Origin: the human T2T-CHM13v2.0 reference genome, Homo sapiens
NCBI RefSeq assembly: GCF_009914755.1
Contig: NC_060930.1
Length of the DNA stretch: 64,000 nt
Reading direction: 5' to 3' (one strand)
In this document: in pieces, positions 47,923-60,039 of the stretch
Layout of the letters: the number at the start of each line of letters is the position of its first letter
How positions within the stretch are numbered: the first letter of the stretch is position 1
Position numbers and translations under genes: made by a program
Notes under the pieces: generated by a model
What the model was told of the DNA's origin: nothing
What the model saw: only the letters and a program-made list of their open reading frames with translations
The model's database searches: none

Positions 47923-48937
47923 TTACAATTTGGTATGTTTTTGCAGTGGCTGATACCGGTTGTTCCTTTCCATGTTTACTGCTTCCTTCAGGAGCTCTTT
48001 TAGGGCGGGCCCGGTGGTGACAAAATCTCTCAGCATTTGCTTGTCTGTAAAGGATTTTATTTCTCCTTCACTTATGAAGCTTAGTTTGGCTGGATATGAA
48101 ATTCTGGGTTGAAAATTCTTTCCTTTAAGAATGTTGAATATTGGCCCCCACTCTCTCCTAGCTTGTAGAGTTTCTGCCGAGAGATCAGCTGTTAGTCTGA
48201 TGGGCTTCCCCTTGTGGGTAACCTGACCTTTCTCTCTGGCTGCCCTTAACATTTTTTCCTTCATTTCAACTTTGGTGAATCTAACAATTATGTGTCTTGG
48301 AGTTGCTCTTCTCGAGGAGTATCTTTGTGGCGTTCTCTGTATTTCCTGAATCTGAACGTTGGCCTGCCTTGCTAGATTGGGGAAGTTCTCCGGGATAATA
48401 TCCTGCAGAGTGTTTTCCAACTTTATTCCACTCTCCCCATCACTTTCAGGTACACCAATCAGATGTAGATTTGGTCCTTTCACATAGTCCCATATTTCTT
48501 GGAGGCTTTGTTCATTTCTTTTTATTCTGTTTTCTCTAAACTTCTCTTCTTGCTTCATTTCATTCATTTGATCTTCCATCACTGATACCCGTTCTTCCAG
48601 TTGATCGAATCGGTTACTGAGGCTTGTGCATTCGTCACGTAGTTCTTGTGCTGTGGTTTTCAGCTCCATCAGGTCCTTTAAGGACTTCTCTGCATTGGTT
48701 ATTCTAGTTAGCCAGTCGTCTAATCTTTTTTCAAGGTTTTTAACTTCTTTGCCATGGGTTCGAACTTCCTCCTTTAGCTCGGAGTAGTTTGATCGTCTGA
48801 AGCCTTCTTCTCTCAACTCGTCAAAGTCATTCTCTGTCCAGCTTTGTTCCATTGCTGGTGAGGAGCTGCATTCCTTTGGAGGAGGAGAGGCACTCTGATT
48901 TTTAGAATTTTCAGTTTTTCTGCTGTTTTGTCCCCAT
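47923..48937 (-). pseudogene. L1 ORF1p; frameshift after codon 5, then open for 309 aa from an internal ATG (48852)
   Basis: Translation contains REKG, ARREW and YPAKLS; the native ATG at 48937 gives MGTKQQKN*. Confidence 0.95.
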
Positions 48938-49967
48938 CTTTGTGGTTTTATCTACCTTTGGTCTTTGATGATGGTGACGTACAGATGGGGTTTTGGTGTG
49001 GATGTCCTTTCTGTTTGTTAGTTTTCCTTCTAATAGTCAGGACCCTCAGCTGAAGGTCTGTTGCAGTTTGCTGGAGGTCCACTTCAAACCCTTTTTGCCT
49101 GGGTATCAGCAGCAGAGGCTGTAGAACAGCAGATATTGGTGAACAGCAAATGTTGCTGCCTGATCGTTCCTCTGGAAGTTTTGTCTCAGAGGAGTACCCA
49201 GCCATGTGATGTGTCAGTCCACCCCTACTGGGGGGTGCCTCCCAGTTAGGCTACTCGGGGGTCAGGGACCCACTTGAGGAGGCAGTCTGTCCATTCTCAG
49301 ATCTCCAGCTGCGTGCTGGGAGAACCACTACTCTCTTCAAAGCTGTCAGACAAGGACATTTAAGTCTGCAGAGGTTTCTGCTGCCTTTTGTTTGGCTATG
49401 CCCTGCCCCCAGAGGTGGAGTCTACAGAGGCAGGCAGGCCTCCTTGAGCTGCGTTGGGCTCCACCCAGTTCGAGCTTCCTGGCCGCTTTGTTTACCTACT
49501 CAATTGAGCCTTGGCAATGGCGGGCACCCCTTTCCCAGCCTCGCTGCCACCTCGCAGTTTGATCTCAGACTGCTGTGCTAGCAATGAATGAGGCTCCGTG
49601 GGTATAGGACCCTCCGAGCCAGGTGCGGGATACAATCTCCTGGTGTGCCGTTTGCTAAGACGGTTGGAAAAGCGCAGTATTAGGGTGGGAGTGACCCGAT
49701 TTTCCAGGTGCCATGTGTCACCCCTTTCCTTGGCTAGGAAAGGGAATTCCCTGACCCCTTGCACTTCCCGGGTGAGGCAATGCCTCGCCCTGCTTCGGCT
49801 CATGCTCGGTGTGCTGCACCCATTGTCTTGCACCCACTGTCTGCCAATCCCCAGTGAGATGAACCGGGTACCTCAGTTGGAAATGCAGAAATCATTTGTC
49901 TTCTGTGTCGCTCACGCTGGGAGCTGTAGATTGGAGCTGTTCCTATTCAGCCATCTTGGCTCCACCC
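48938..49967 (-). promoter_or_regulatory. L1 5' UTR internal sense/antisense promoter with YY1 site
   Basis: YY1 core AAGATGGC on the minus strand at ~49950-49957; UTR is CpG-richer than the flanks. Confidence 0.8.
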
Positions 49968-49996
49968 ACATGTATCCCTATTCTATTATTAAATAA
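49517..49996 (+). pseudogene. L1 antisense ORF0 frame with a premature stop at codon 25
   Basis: MAGTPFPASLPPRSLISDCCASNE*GSVGIGPSEPGAGYNLLV.. matches the recalled ORF0 (MAGAPPPASLPPCSLISDCCASNQRDSVGVGPSEPG..). Confidence 0.85.
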
Positions 49997-50796
49997 ATAT
50001 ATTTGGCCATCTTATCCTGATACATACTTAATTCACTCAGTTCTCTTTGCTCCAAATATGTGTTCACCAAGCAACATTTTGATTATGTTTTAGCTTCTTA
50101 TACATATGTACATTAGAAGCTTTAAAATTTCAATCTGGGGAGATGTTAGCTGGAAGTATAGAACTGAAGGGGAGGCTCAAGACTGCATTCAAATAATGTG
50201 AAAATTTAAAATAAAATTTGGTTGCATTTAAATTGGGGAAGTTTGCAGGAAGAATTTATGGAAACCTTGGTAGGCTCAAGCTGGTGTTCTCAATGGTGTT
50301 CTGTTTTATATTTCAGAACAGAAAGATTAATGCAAATCTACTTATTTGATAGATTAACAATGATGACTTAGAAAGAATAAACGTTTAGTTCTTATTCACT
50401 TAACAGTACAGGAATAACAAAACAGTAAAAATGTATGCAGAAGTAGCTCTTAGATCATTTGGAACAGTTTTTATTCAACTCAGGAAAAGAGAAAAGAACA
50501 TAGAGAAGTATGCCTGGGATATTTTTAGATGCCAGCACTGGAATCGGCATACATCACTTCCACTGCTTCTTGCCACATATAACTGCAAAGGAGATGAGCA
50601 ATATAGTCTAGTATGTCCCCAAGAAGACGAAAAAATAGCCTTGCTCAACCACTAACAGCCTATCACAATATAGGCTCATTGTACTGATAAAATCCATTTT
50701 CTGAGACCATAAGGCTGACAGCCAACCTTTGAATGAATAGTAAATTCCACAAGGTAATAGATGTCACATAATGAGGTGCTTGTGGGAATAGACTGT

Positions 50797-50840
50797 GATA
50801 GATGACAGACAGATAGATAGATAGATAGATAGACAGATAG
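50797..50840 (+). repeat. (GATA/GACA)n microsatellite
   Basis: gatagatgacagacagatagatagatagatagatagacagatag. Confidence 0.95.
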
Positions 50841-51083
50841 CTGACTGTAGAGATAGCCTTCACTACAAAAGAAACACTACACTTCTATGATATTTTTCTT
50901 CTTTAGATGTACATATGAACAACTTTTTCATACAATGGCTAGTTTTTCTTTACAGTATTAATATCTTTAATATTATACAATATTAATACACGTACATATG
51001 CATATGTATATATAAAAGTTTGTGCATATATACCCACGCATCCATAGCTACAGTGACTGGACATCAGCTCATTTAGTAAGTTA

Positions 51084-51399
51084 CAGTGGTTCAATTGTAT
51101 CCTTGGGAGATTGTTTCTAGGACCCCCAGAGATAACAAAATCCAGGGATGCTCAAGTCCCTTATATAAATTGGTGTAGTATTTACATTTAAGCTACACAC
51201 AACCTCCCATATACTTTAAGTCATCTCTAGATTACTTATAATACCTACTACAATGTAATACTATGTAAATAGTTGTTATACCATTTTTTAAATTTGTACT
51301 ATTTTTATTGTGTTATTTACTTATTGAATATTTTTCTATCTATGCTTAGTTGAATCTAGAGATGTGGGAACCCAGCCCACACATACAAAGGGCTGTTTG
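51084..51399. mobile_element. MER2 (Tigger family) MITE
   Basis: TA-flanked 'cagtggt..gtatccttgggagattgtttctaggacccc..aaaatccagggatgctcaagtcccttatataa...aagggctgtttg'. Confidence 0.88.
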
Positions 51400-51479
51400 T
51401 ATATAAAATCATGACAAAATCATTTGATATTTTAGTTATACTTTTTTTTTAAATTACTATAAAGGTTTCATTCAATGAT

Positions 51480-52592
51480 ATCATCATCTCTCACGGATTT
51501 AACTCTTTAATTACCATATATATGCTGATGAGTCTCAAAATTTATATTTTGCCCAGATCTCTCTTCTGAATTTCAGACTTTTCTAACTAACTGCCTTTTT
51601 AAGAACTGCAGCTGGATGTTTAATTTGGGATTGCGAATGTGACATATCTAAAAGAGGAGAACCTGATCTTAACCACACCCCCAAACGAACTCCTCCCCCA
51701 TCTCAGGAAATGGGGTGTCTCTTCTTCTCAGTGTTCAGGATTCATAGGCTATGGTGCCATCTTTGACTTTTTTCTTTCACTCACAACTTACAGAAAATCT
51801 CTCAGCCAATACTGTCAGCTCTGTCTTCAAAATGTGTCTGTAATGCAACCATTTATTTCCATCCTCACAGTCATACTCCTGGCTCAGACCACCATCATGA
51901 GGATGTGGAGTTTTGAAGTCACCCTTTAATTGTTTCCTCAAGGGCTACCCTTCAGTGCAATCCCAACCCTGTAGTCAGAGAGAACCTTACAATCTAAGAC
52001 AGGTAACATTACTCCTCTGTTTCAACCCTCTGGTGGATTGTCATTTTGGGGTAAAGGATAAAATCCATACAACGACTGCAAAGCCCTACTGGATCTACTC
52101 AACTTCTCGTTATCTTTCTGAGGTCATCCCCAACTACTCTCCATTTTGTTCCTGCTGCCCTGGACATGCTGGCCTCTGGCTTTTCCTTGACAAGCCATGC
52201 ACACTTCTACCTCAAGTGTGCATTGAGGTAGAAGTTTTTCTATTCCTGGAATGGTCTTCTCTCAGACACTCTTCTGGTTCCCTCCCTCTTTTTCTTCAGT
52301 CATTTGCTAAAATAGTTACTTTGTTAGTGATGTCTTCTCTTGGCACCCATCTAAGATGTTGGCTCCTGTTCCCTGACACTGCATATCTCATTGTATATTT
52401 TACTTTTTCCCTTGGATGCTTATTGCTTCTAGCATAGCATTTTAGTTAATGATCCTTTAATTGCTGATGTCTTGTATTAGAACACTGACTCCATTAAGTC
52501 AGGGATTTTTTTCGGTTTTGTTTGTTGATATTTCCCTAGTACCCAGAAAAATGCCTTGGACAGAGTAGGTATTCATAAATATTTGTTACATT
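51480..52592 (+). mobile_element. L2a long 3' fragment
   Basis: 'tatatgctgatgagtctcaaaatttatat..cccagatctctcttctgaatttcagac' through 'cagagtaggtattcataaatatttgtt'. Confidence 0.85.
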
Positions 52593-54169
52593 AATCCCAT
52601 ATTCATATACCTATTAATACCATGCCTTCCTTGACATGGGGAGCCGCAGACAGGATATTTCGTATTTTTGTGTTTCAGAATAGAATATCTCCTATTGTGA
52701 GATCTACTATTGTTCAGAATAACTTTGACACTTTTACTATCTACCTTTTAGCTGTTAACAATCCATTTTTTGCTTATGTACAAATATGTTTATGTTTATA
52801 CTCAAAATTTTGTTTATTGATATATTTTAATTTCTTAAGGCCAAAGTTCTTCCTACTTTCTGTTTGTTTTTTCCTTCTTACTTTTACTTACTTTAGATTG
52901 AAGGCATTATTATTCTAGATTATATTTAGAGGGATTGTATATTTGTCAACCAAAATCTCTCTTTCCCCAGTAAGTTTTGAGGGAATGATGTTTCTGTTAT
53001 GATTTTGTAGATATTTCTAATTCCTTTTTGCCTTCCAACTACATGAGACTTCTATTTGCTTAATCTTGTAGGAAGTTCTCAGAATCTGTACATCTCTATC
53101 ATGATCTGTAACTGCTAATTTAGAGTTAAAAGCATAAGAAGGCTGCATGGAAATATATAGAAATATAAACAAAATTCCTATATTTTCTTTAGCTCATAAA
53201 CTGTCTCTTTCCTCATTGAGTTCAGATAGAGCAAAATGTACATGTTCTCATTTTCAGGTTATAAGTTATATTAATTATAATAGGGTAATATTCAAGTCAA
53301 AAATTATTTTTTCATTTTAATAGTATTGTGAACCAACATCAAAAATTCTCCCTCTGTTTTTTGTTGCCTGACCCTTATAAAACCATCTTGAGAATTTCCA
53401 TCATGTATGTGGTTATGAGATTACAACTGTGGTTAATTTCAACAACAACTTTGCCAATAAAGACTCAAGGGGGCAAGTAGCAAAGGGTTTTCTCCACTCT
53501 CTAGAATCTAGATAGGCCTTTTCCATGACATGGCCTACCTCTGAATAGGGCTTGAGCAGGTGACACTTAGAAATGGGCATCTGGCATATTTGTTCATAGT
53601 CAGCATATACCAATACCATGATGTACTGATGCATGTGCTTTTGAATTTTTCATTTGAATTTTCAATTTCCCTTCAGAATCTGTTAATAGAAAATGAGCAT
53701 CCCTGGTATTCACCTATGTCACAAATTTGTCCAAGACAGGAAAGTGGGGTTAGTGACGTTTATCCAGAAATGAAATCAAGGGCATGGAGCTCATTTTCAC
53801 AAGAAATATATTGTATTCAATAATGTGAGAGCAGCTAAGTTTAAAAGATATTGGGCATCCACTGAGTCCCAGAGGCTGTACCCTCAATATATAAATGATC
53901 TGTCTTTGCTATTTTAGCAGGGTCAACAGCCATTATTTTTGGTAGCCACTTGTCATAGTTCCTTGTGATTAAAAATGCAATGGTTATCGTCAGTGTACAT
54001 TACCTCACTCCTGCCACCTATCCCGGGCCTCTTCTCAGATGACCCAAGGTTCAGACATGGTTGTAGCACAGAATACTGAACTATGTGGTTAGAGGGTTTT
54101 CTTCCATTTGTAACCTCACAAAGTGCAACATTGGCTGCCACTGAATCAAAAGAGAATGAATCAGAAGCA

Positions 54170-54370
54170 TGTGAATAAATGTGAAGAATTATAATGTGGT
54201 ATAAAGAGCACTGCATTTAAAGTTAGAAGACCTGGGATGAAGCTTTTGCCCTAACATTTAACAGCTCTACTGTTAATGACTGCCTACCTACTTTCTAGGA
54301 TTGTTGTGAGGATTAGGTAAACTGTGTAAGCAAGACTTATTTTGTATAAGCTATAAAGCACCTAACTATC
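54170..54370 (+). mobile_element. MIR SINE
   Basis: 'aatgtggtataaagagcactgcatttaaagttagaagacctggg...ctacctactttctaggattgttgtgaggattag'. Confidence 0.7.
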
Positions 54371-54383
54371 AATAATACATGTT

Positions 54384-54669
54384 GGCCGGGCATGGTGGCT
54401 CACGCCTGTAATCCCAGCACTTTGGGAGGCCGAGGTGGGCAGATCACCTGAGGTCAGGAGTTCATCCAGGCCAAAATGGCAAAACCCAGTCTCTACTAAA
54501 AGTACAAAAATTAGCCAGGCGTGGTGGTGGGCGCCTGTAATCTCAGCTACTCAGGAGGCTGAGGTGAGAGAATTGCATGAACCTGGGAGGTGGAGGTTGT
54601 GGTGAGCTTAGATCATGCCACTGCACTGAAGCCTGGGCGACAGAGCAAAATTCTGTCTCAAATAATAAT
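54384..54669 (+). mobile_element. AluSx-like
   Basis: Dimer with (AAT)n tail; TSD aataatacatg. Confidence 0.93.
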
Positions 54670-55029
54670 AATAATACATGCTATTATTGATAATATTATT
54701 ATTTATGGCTGAATAAGACCAAACCCTGTAAAAGTTAGAAAGCTTGTTTTTAGTATCTGGAAGATCCTTAGGGGTATTAAATAGATACCTTTCTTCATCT
54801 CTCAACAGATGTTTCAATTCATGCCATCACATCTTTGAAAACTGGCAATTCAACCTTGCCTTGAGCATTTCCATGTACAGGAAACACATGATCTCTTAAG
54901 GAGTCCATTTCACCGTCAGACGGTTCTGAAGGATGTGAGTGGTTCTCAACATTGAAACCAGTGCTGGCTCCTGGTTTGAATTTCTGTAGCCACTCCAGTC
55001 TCGTTCTTGTGCTCACCATTCCTCCAAAT

Positions 55030-55230
55030 TGGCCGCCTATGACTTCTATGACAATAAATCCAATGGACCCTTGCCAAGCTTATCATATTTTCTCAGCAGC
55101 ATTTGACCCAGTTGGCATTCTTGACTTCTTCAAGGCTCCTTCTGTCCTTGATTCCCACTATGTCACTTTCTCCTGGATGCCTGCCTATGTCTCTGGGCAT
55201 GGCTTCCCCATCTCCTTTGCCAATGTATCT
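55030..55230 (+). mobile_element. L2 fragment
   Basis: 'tctcagcagcatttgacccagttggc..ccttgattcccactatgtcactttctcctgg'. Confidence 0.6.
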
Positions 55231-56949
55231 ACCTCAATTCCAAAAACAATCATAACCTCCAGAAATGCTTTGTCCCACACAAAATATTTACCTAAATGTT
55301 AAAGTTTTCTTTAGGCTTCCAGTCAGTTTACTCAGGAGTTGATTTAAAAGGAGTTGATAAATAGAAAATATTCACTTTTCTCCTTAAAAGAATAACATAA
55401 TTTGGATGGATATTCTTTTTTATTAAAATGATATTCTTTTTTATTAAAAATAATATGCAAGCAAAAAACATTGATGATCTCACTTTGTGTCCATTACTGA
55501 ATTATATCTGCAAAATTCCCAAGTACTTATGTTGACTGGTAATTCAAGAAGAATATTATTCAATATTAATGATTTAATTCAAGATACATGCACATAACAC
55601 TTTTTTTCAATTTCCAATTATTACTCACACTCTGAATTAACCTGTAATAATTAAAAAGAAAATAAGACCTTTCATAAGGAAGAAAAACCAGTGCAGGATA
55701 TATAATCTACAAATACGGTGAAATTGCTTTAATGGGTTATCTGTCTCGAGCGGAGAGCCTAATGCAAAGTAGGTGGAAGATTTAAAGGTGAAGCAAACTC
55801 CCTTGTTATTTTTATTTAATAAACACCATCACAACTGACCTTTAAAGCTGATAAAACTATAAGGGAAGACAAGAACAGATGCAACATTCTGCCAGACCTA
55901 TTTGAATATATTTAACATATGGCCAAGGAGTGATTCTTTTTCCAAAGAAATTTCAAGTTGATTTTACTTCTGTGTTGGTATTTTGTACTATTAAGGTTTT
56001 TTGAATAAAATGAATTGAAATAGTAAGTTAACTGGAAGGGAAAACGAGCCTTTCCTTTTGCTGGTCTTAGAGAGGGTTTGAGATAATAGGAACAATGGCT
56101 TCCAGTGACATAAAGAGGTGAAATATATAAGCAAGCATCTGTGTTTGCTAATTCTGTGTCAGGCTGAGGTATGATCTCAGTACTATCCACAGAGGTGTGG
56201 GAATTAAGCTGCCTTTTATTTGACCTCAACATTTTTGATTTGTTATATTGTCATTTAGTCTGTGAAAATGTTCAACCTAATCTTTCCAGCCTCTTATAAT
56301 CAACCGGAGTGGTATTGATCTTCCTGTCATTCTCCCATGCACCTTGAAAAATCATGTATGAGTGAGAATGTGCACACTCTTATAGATGATCTGAAGCCAT
56401 TCAATATGCTCTTAATTATAAATAGCTCTTTCTAAATTTACTACAGCTATAAACATCATATAGTGATATATACATATATATTCCCTCTCTTATCCATACC
56501 CGCACATTTATATTCATACTTTTATGGTCACATATGCCACAAATTTCACTCCCAGATGTCTCTCTGTGATATCTATTCTGTACTCACCCTCTAAACAATC
56601 TCAAGCCATTAAGAGATACCTGACTATGAATGAATTGCACACATGGCTCGCAAAGAAACCCTGGAAGGAAACATGCTGCTTTGAGCTGCCTTCAGTTTGT
56701 TTGTTTTCAAATATTTTAGCTAAGAGTAGGAGAGATCATTCAGCATCTACTAAATACATGCCTTCAGGAAATGGCAAACATAACAAGCAGTCACATTAAC
56801 TATGTAGGAGGACACAATTCCTTTTGAGACATCAGGGCAATGTTTCTAAGTGCAAAAACAGTAAACAGAAATGCAACTTCAGGGCTCTGTGCAACTTTAT
56901 TCGTAAGGGATAATTTTCTTGCTACATTTAGTGTTCTTTTTTTCTTCAG

Positions 56950-57271
56950 TCCCATATTTTGTTTTGAAAGTTCTCAAATCTACAAAAAATTGAAATATAG
57001 CACAATAAACATTCATCTATTCTTCACTTAAAAATTAATTCAATATTTAGCTATTATTGTTTTCTTTCTCCCTATCTTAAATGCTAATACTTTGTTAATG
57101 GTGGTGGACAGCCATTTGAAGGTAAACTGCAGACATTGTGATATTTCACCTCTAAATACTTTGTCATGCATTTCTTGAGAATAAAGGCATTTTTTCATAT
57201 AACCAGAATACTCACAATTAAACACATGTGAGCAGTAAATCTAATTATATTTAGTCCGTATTTTGAATCAT

Positions 57272-57303
<32 letters not shown>

Positions 57304-57990
57304 GAGACGGAATCTCACTCTGTCGCCCAGGTTGGAGTGCAGTGGTGCGATCTCGGCTCACTGCAACCTCCGCCCCGCAGGTTCAAGTGATTCTCCTGCT
57401 TTAGCCTTCTGAGTAGCTGGGATTACAGGTGCCCGCCACCATGCCTGGATAATTTTTTTTTTTTTTTTGTATTTTTAGTAGAGGCGGGGTTTCACCATCT
57501 TGGTCAGACTGGTCTTAAACTCCTGACCTCGTAATCCACCCACCTCAGCCTCCCAAAGTGCTGGGATTACAAGTGTGAGCCACTGCACTTGGCCCCGACA
57601 TGTTTTTTTTTTTTTTAAAAAAAAACATTCAGGCTGGAGTTTGTGTAGACTGTCTCACAGTCTGGGTCTCTTTGATTGTTTCCTCATAACTGATTACATT
57701 TATGTTAACTTTTTGTTTTCAAAAATACCACATGGAGGACCTTGTGTACTTTTTTTTATTGCTTCATAGCAAGTAGCACTTAACTTCAATTTTATTTCAC
57801 TATTGGTGGTGCTAAATTTGATCACTTGGTTAAGGTGGCACTGTGCAATCTGCGTGTTATAAAGGCACCTGTTCCATTAATGAGTGAATGATATTTTTAA
57901 ACCCAGTAAATATGCAGTATCCCAACATCTTGCACTCAGTAGTTCTAGCATCAATTGATAGCTTGTAGTTGTTTTTACCAAAAGAACATT
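56950..57990 (-). mobile_element. Ancient L1MC-type 3' end interrupted by an Alu
   Basis: 'ccatttgaaggtaaactgcagacattgtgatatttcacctctaaatact..catgcatttcttgagaataaaggcat', 'tttgatcacttggttaaggtgg'. Confidence 0.7.
57275..57594 (-). mobile_element. AluS (Sx/Sg-like)
   Basis: Poly(T), then antisense dimer ending 'gagccactgcacttggcc'. Confidence 0.94.
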
Positions 57991-57993
57991 CAT

Positions 57994-58336
57994 GCTGGGT
58001 ATGGTGACTTATCCCTGTAATCCTAGCATTTTGGGAGGCCAAGGTGGAAGGATTGCTTGAGCCCAGGATTTGGTGACCAGCCTGGGCAAAATAGGGAGAC
58101 CGTGTCTCTTAAAAAACAAAAAAACCCCAAAAAACAAAAAAAAATAGCCAAGCATGGTGGCACGTACCTGTGGTCCCAGCTACTTGAGAGTCTGAGGTAG
58201 GAGGATCACTTGAACCCAGGAGGTTGAGGTGGCAGTGAGCCGTGATCACAGCCTGGGTGACAGAGTGAGACCCTGTCCCCCACACCAAGAAAGAAAGAGA
58301 GAGAGAAAGAAAGAGAGAGAGAGAGAAAGAAAGAAA
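57994..58336 (+). mobile_element. AluJ with GA/GAAA-microsatellite tail
   Basis: 'ggattgcttgagcccagg', 'gaggatcacttgaacccaggaggttgagg'. Confidence 0.9.
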
Positions 58337-59736
58337 GTTCCATTTACAAAATTAGTTCATGTGCTTCAATTTAACAAATAAATATATATATATAAATGCA
58401 AGACAAAGAAAATGATAATTATAAGGGTTTTAATAATATTTGAATATAATTAATGCCTTTATAATTTTTTTACTCCAGCATAACCTCAACATTGAGGCCA
58501 ACAAACAAATTTAGCTGTTTGTTGGCATATAAATAAAGATGGGAGTGGGTTCATAGTAAAGCTTTGAGGACCAGTGCTACCTTCTTTATGAACTAGAGCT
58601 ACTTAGAGATTAAGCATATGCAAAATCCAGATATAACCATAGGAAAATACTGTTAACTTTTGAATTTGCTAAAAATTACTTGAATTATTTTTCTGTGTTT
58701 CTCACTTAAGTGCTGTCCAGACTGTTCATTTATTTGTTTATATATTTGAAGAGAAAATAAAAGCAGAGGGGGCATGTGGGAAGCAGAGCTGTGATGCCAA
58801 AGCCCTCCCTAAAGAGTCCCTTTTTGATTGAGGCATTTTTTAAAAGAGACATTCAAAATAACGTCTAATGAATTAGCCAGGTTTGAAAAAGCAAGAAAAC
58901 ACAATCCACAAACACTTCCTACACAGGTCAGGTCAGCACCCTTCCAGAAAACTTTGAAATTGTTCTAAGAAAGACAAATTAAATTATGAAGAGATTTCAG
59001 CCATTTCCTGGTACAGAATACAGTGAAAAACGATAGCAAGATCTTTCATTAGGGAAAGTGAAAGGCAAGTGAATACATAATAGCAGTACACAACATTATG
59101 GAGGGTATTAAAGGTGACGAAATCTACACTGCAAGGGGAAGAGTTTTAAGATCAGTAAAGTTTTACACAGTTGCAAGTAAACACCTGGAATGTGTTGCTA
59201 TTAGAGACTCTTAGGCTAAATTTAAGAAATTTGACTTAAATTAACAGGTGATAAATAGGAAGGTAACTAAAAGCTAATAATATTTTAGTAGAATTGTGGG
59301 AACAGCAACTACCAATTTTCCTTTTTTTTTCTATTTTCAGATACTCTCCTTTAAAAAGTTATACCATAGAGCAATATAAAAATCCCTATAGTTCTATGTT
59401 TTAGACTATATACATATGTTTTGGAAATTTATGTTACTTCTACTTTCAAAAACAATAAGGAAAAACCACAGTTATCAACTCTTACATGTTGATTTTCAAA
59501 TTAGTATTTTTCTCATTATAAAATAATATACATTTATTTCTGATACTAGTAATTAAGAGGAGTAATGCATTATCAAACAACTGAAAAGTGGCTGCTATGA
59601 ACACTTAATGTATTCCTTTTTAAAATTATTAACAGTTATATTTGGATTATACTGCCATGTAGCTGTATACCCTACCCCATGTATTGATTTTTTAAATATA
59701 TAAATGAGTTTGAAACCTATAAGAAGAAGAGCTTCG

Positions 59737-60027
59737 AGCTGGGCACAGTGGCTCACACCTGTAATCTCAGCACTTTGGGAGGCCAAGGCGGGCGGATAAC
59801 CTGAGGCCAGGAGTTCAAGACCAGCCTGGCCAATATGGCAAAACCCCATCTCTACTAAAAGTACAAAAATAGCCAGGCATGATAGTGGGTGCCTGTAATC
59901 TCAGCTATTCGGGAGGCTGAGGCATGAGGATCACTTGAACCCAGGAGACAGAGGTTGCAGTGAGCAGAGATCATGGCACTGTACTCCTGCCAGGGTGACA
60001 GAGCAAAATCCTGTCTCAAAGGAAAAA
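59737..60027 (+). mobile_element. AluSx-like
   Basis: Dimer; TSD aagaagagctt/aaaaagagctt. Confidence 0.93.
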
Positions 60028-60039
60028 AAAAAGAGCTTA

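Noticed and set aside
50993-51008. 16-bp perfect palindrome tacatatgcatatgta
   Set aside because: Low-complexity alternating purine-pyrimidine sequence, commonly palindromic by chance.
51639-52918. Run of + strand ORFs up to 174 aa
   Set aside because: Mostly within a degraded L2; composition is not protein-like and there is no recognisable domain.
54384-60027. Shared variants (aaaagtac, aatctcagct, gagcaaaat) between two AluSx copies as local gene conversion
   Set aside because: The copies are otherwise very divergent; shared subfamily diagnostics are the simpler explanation.
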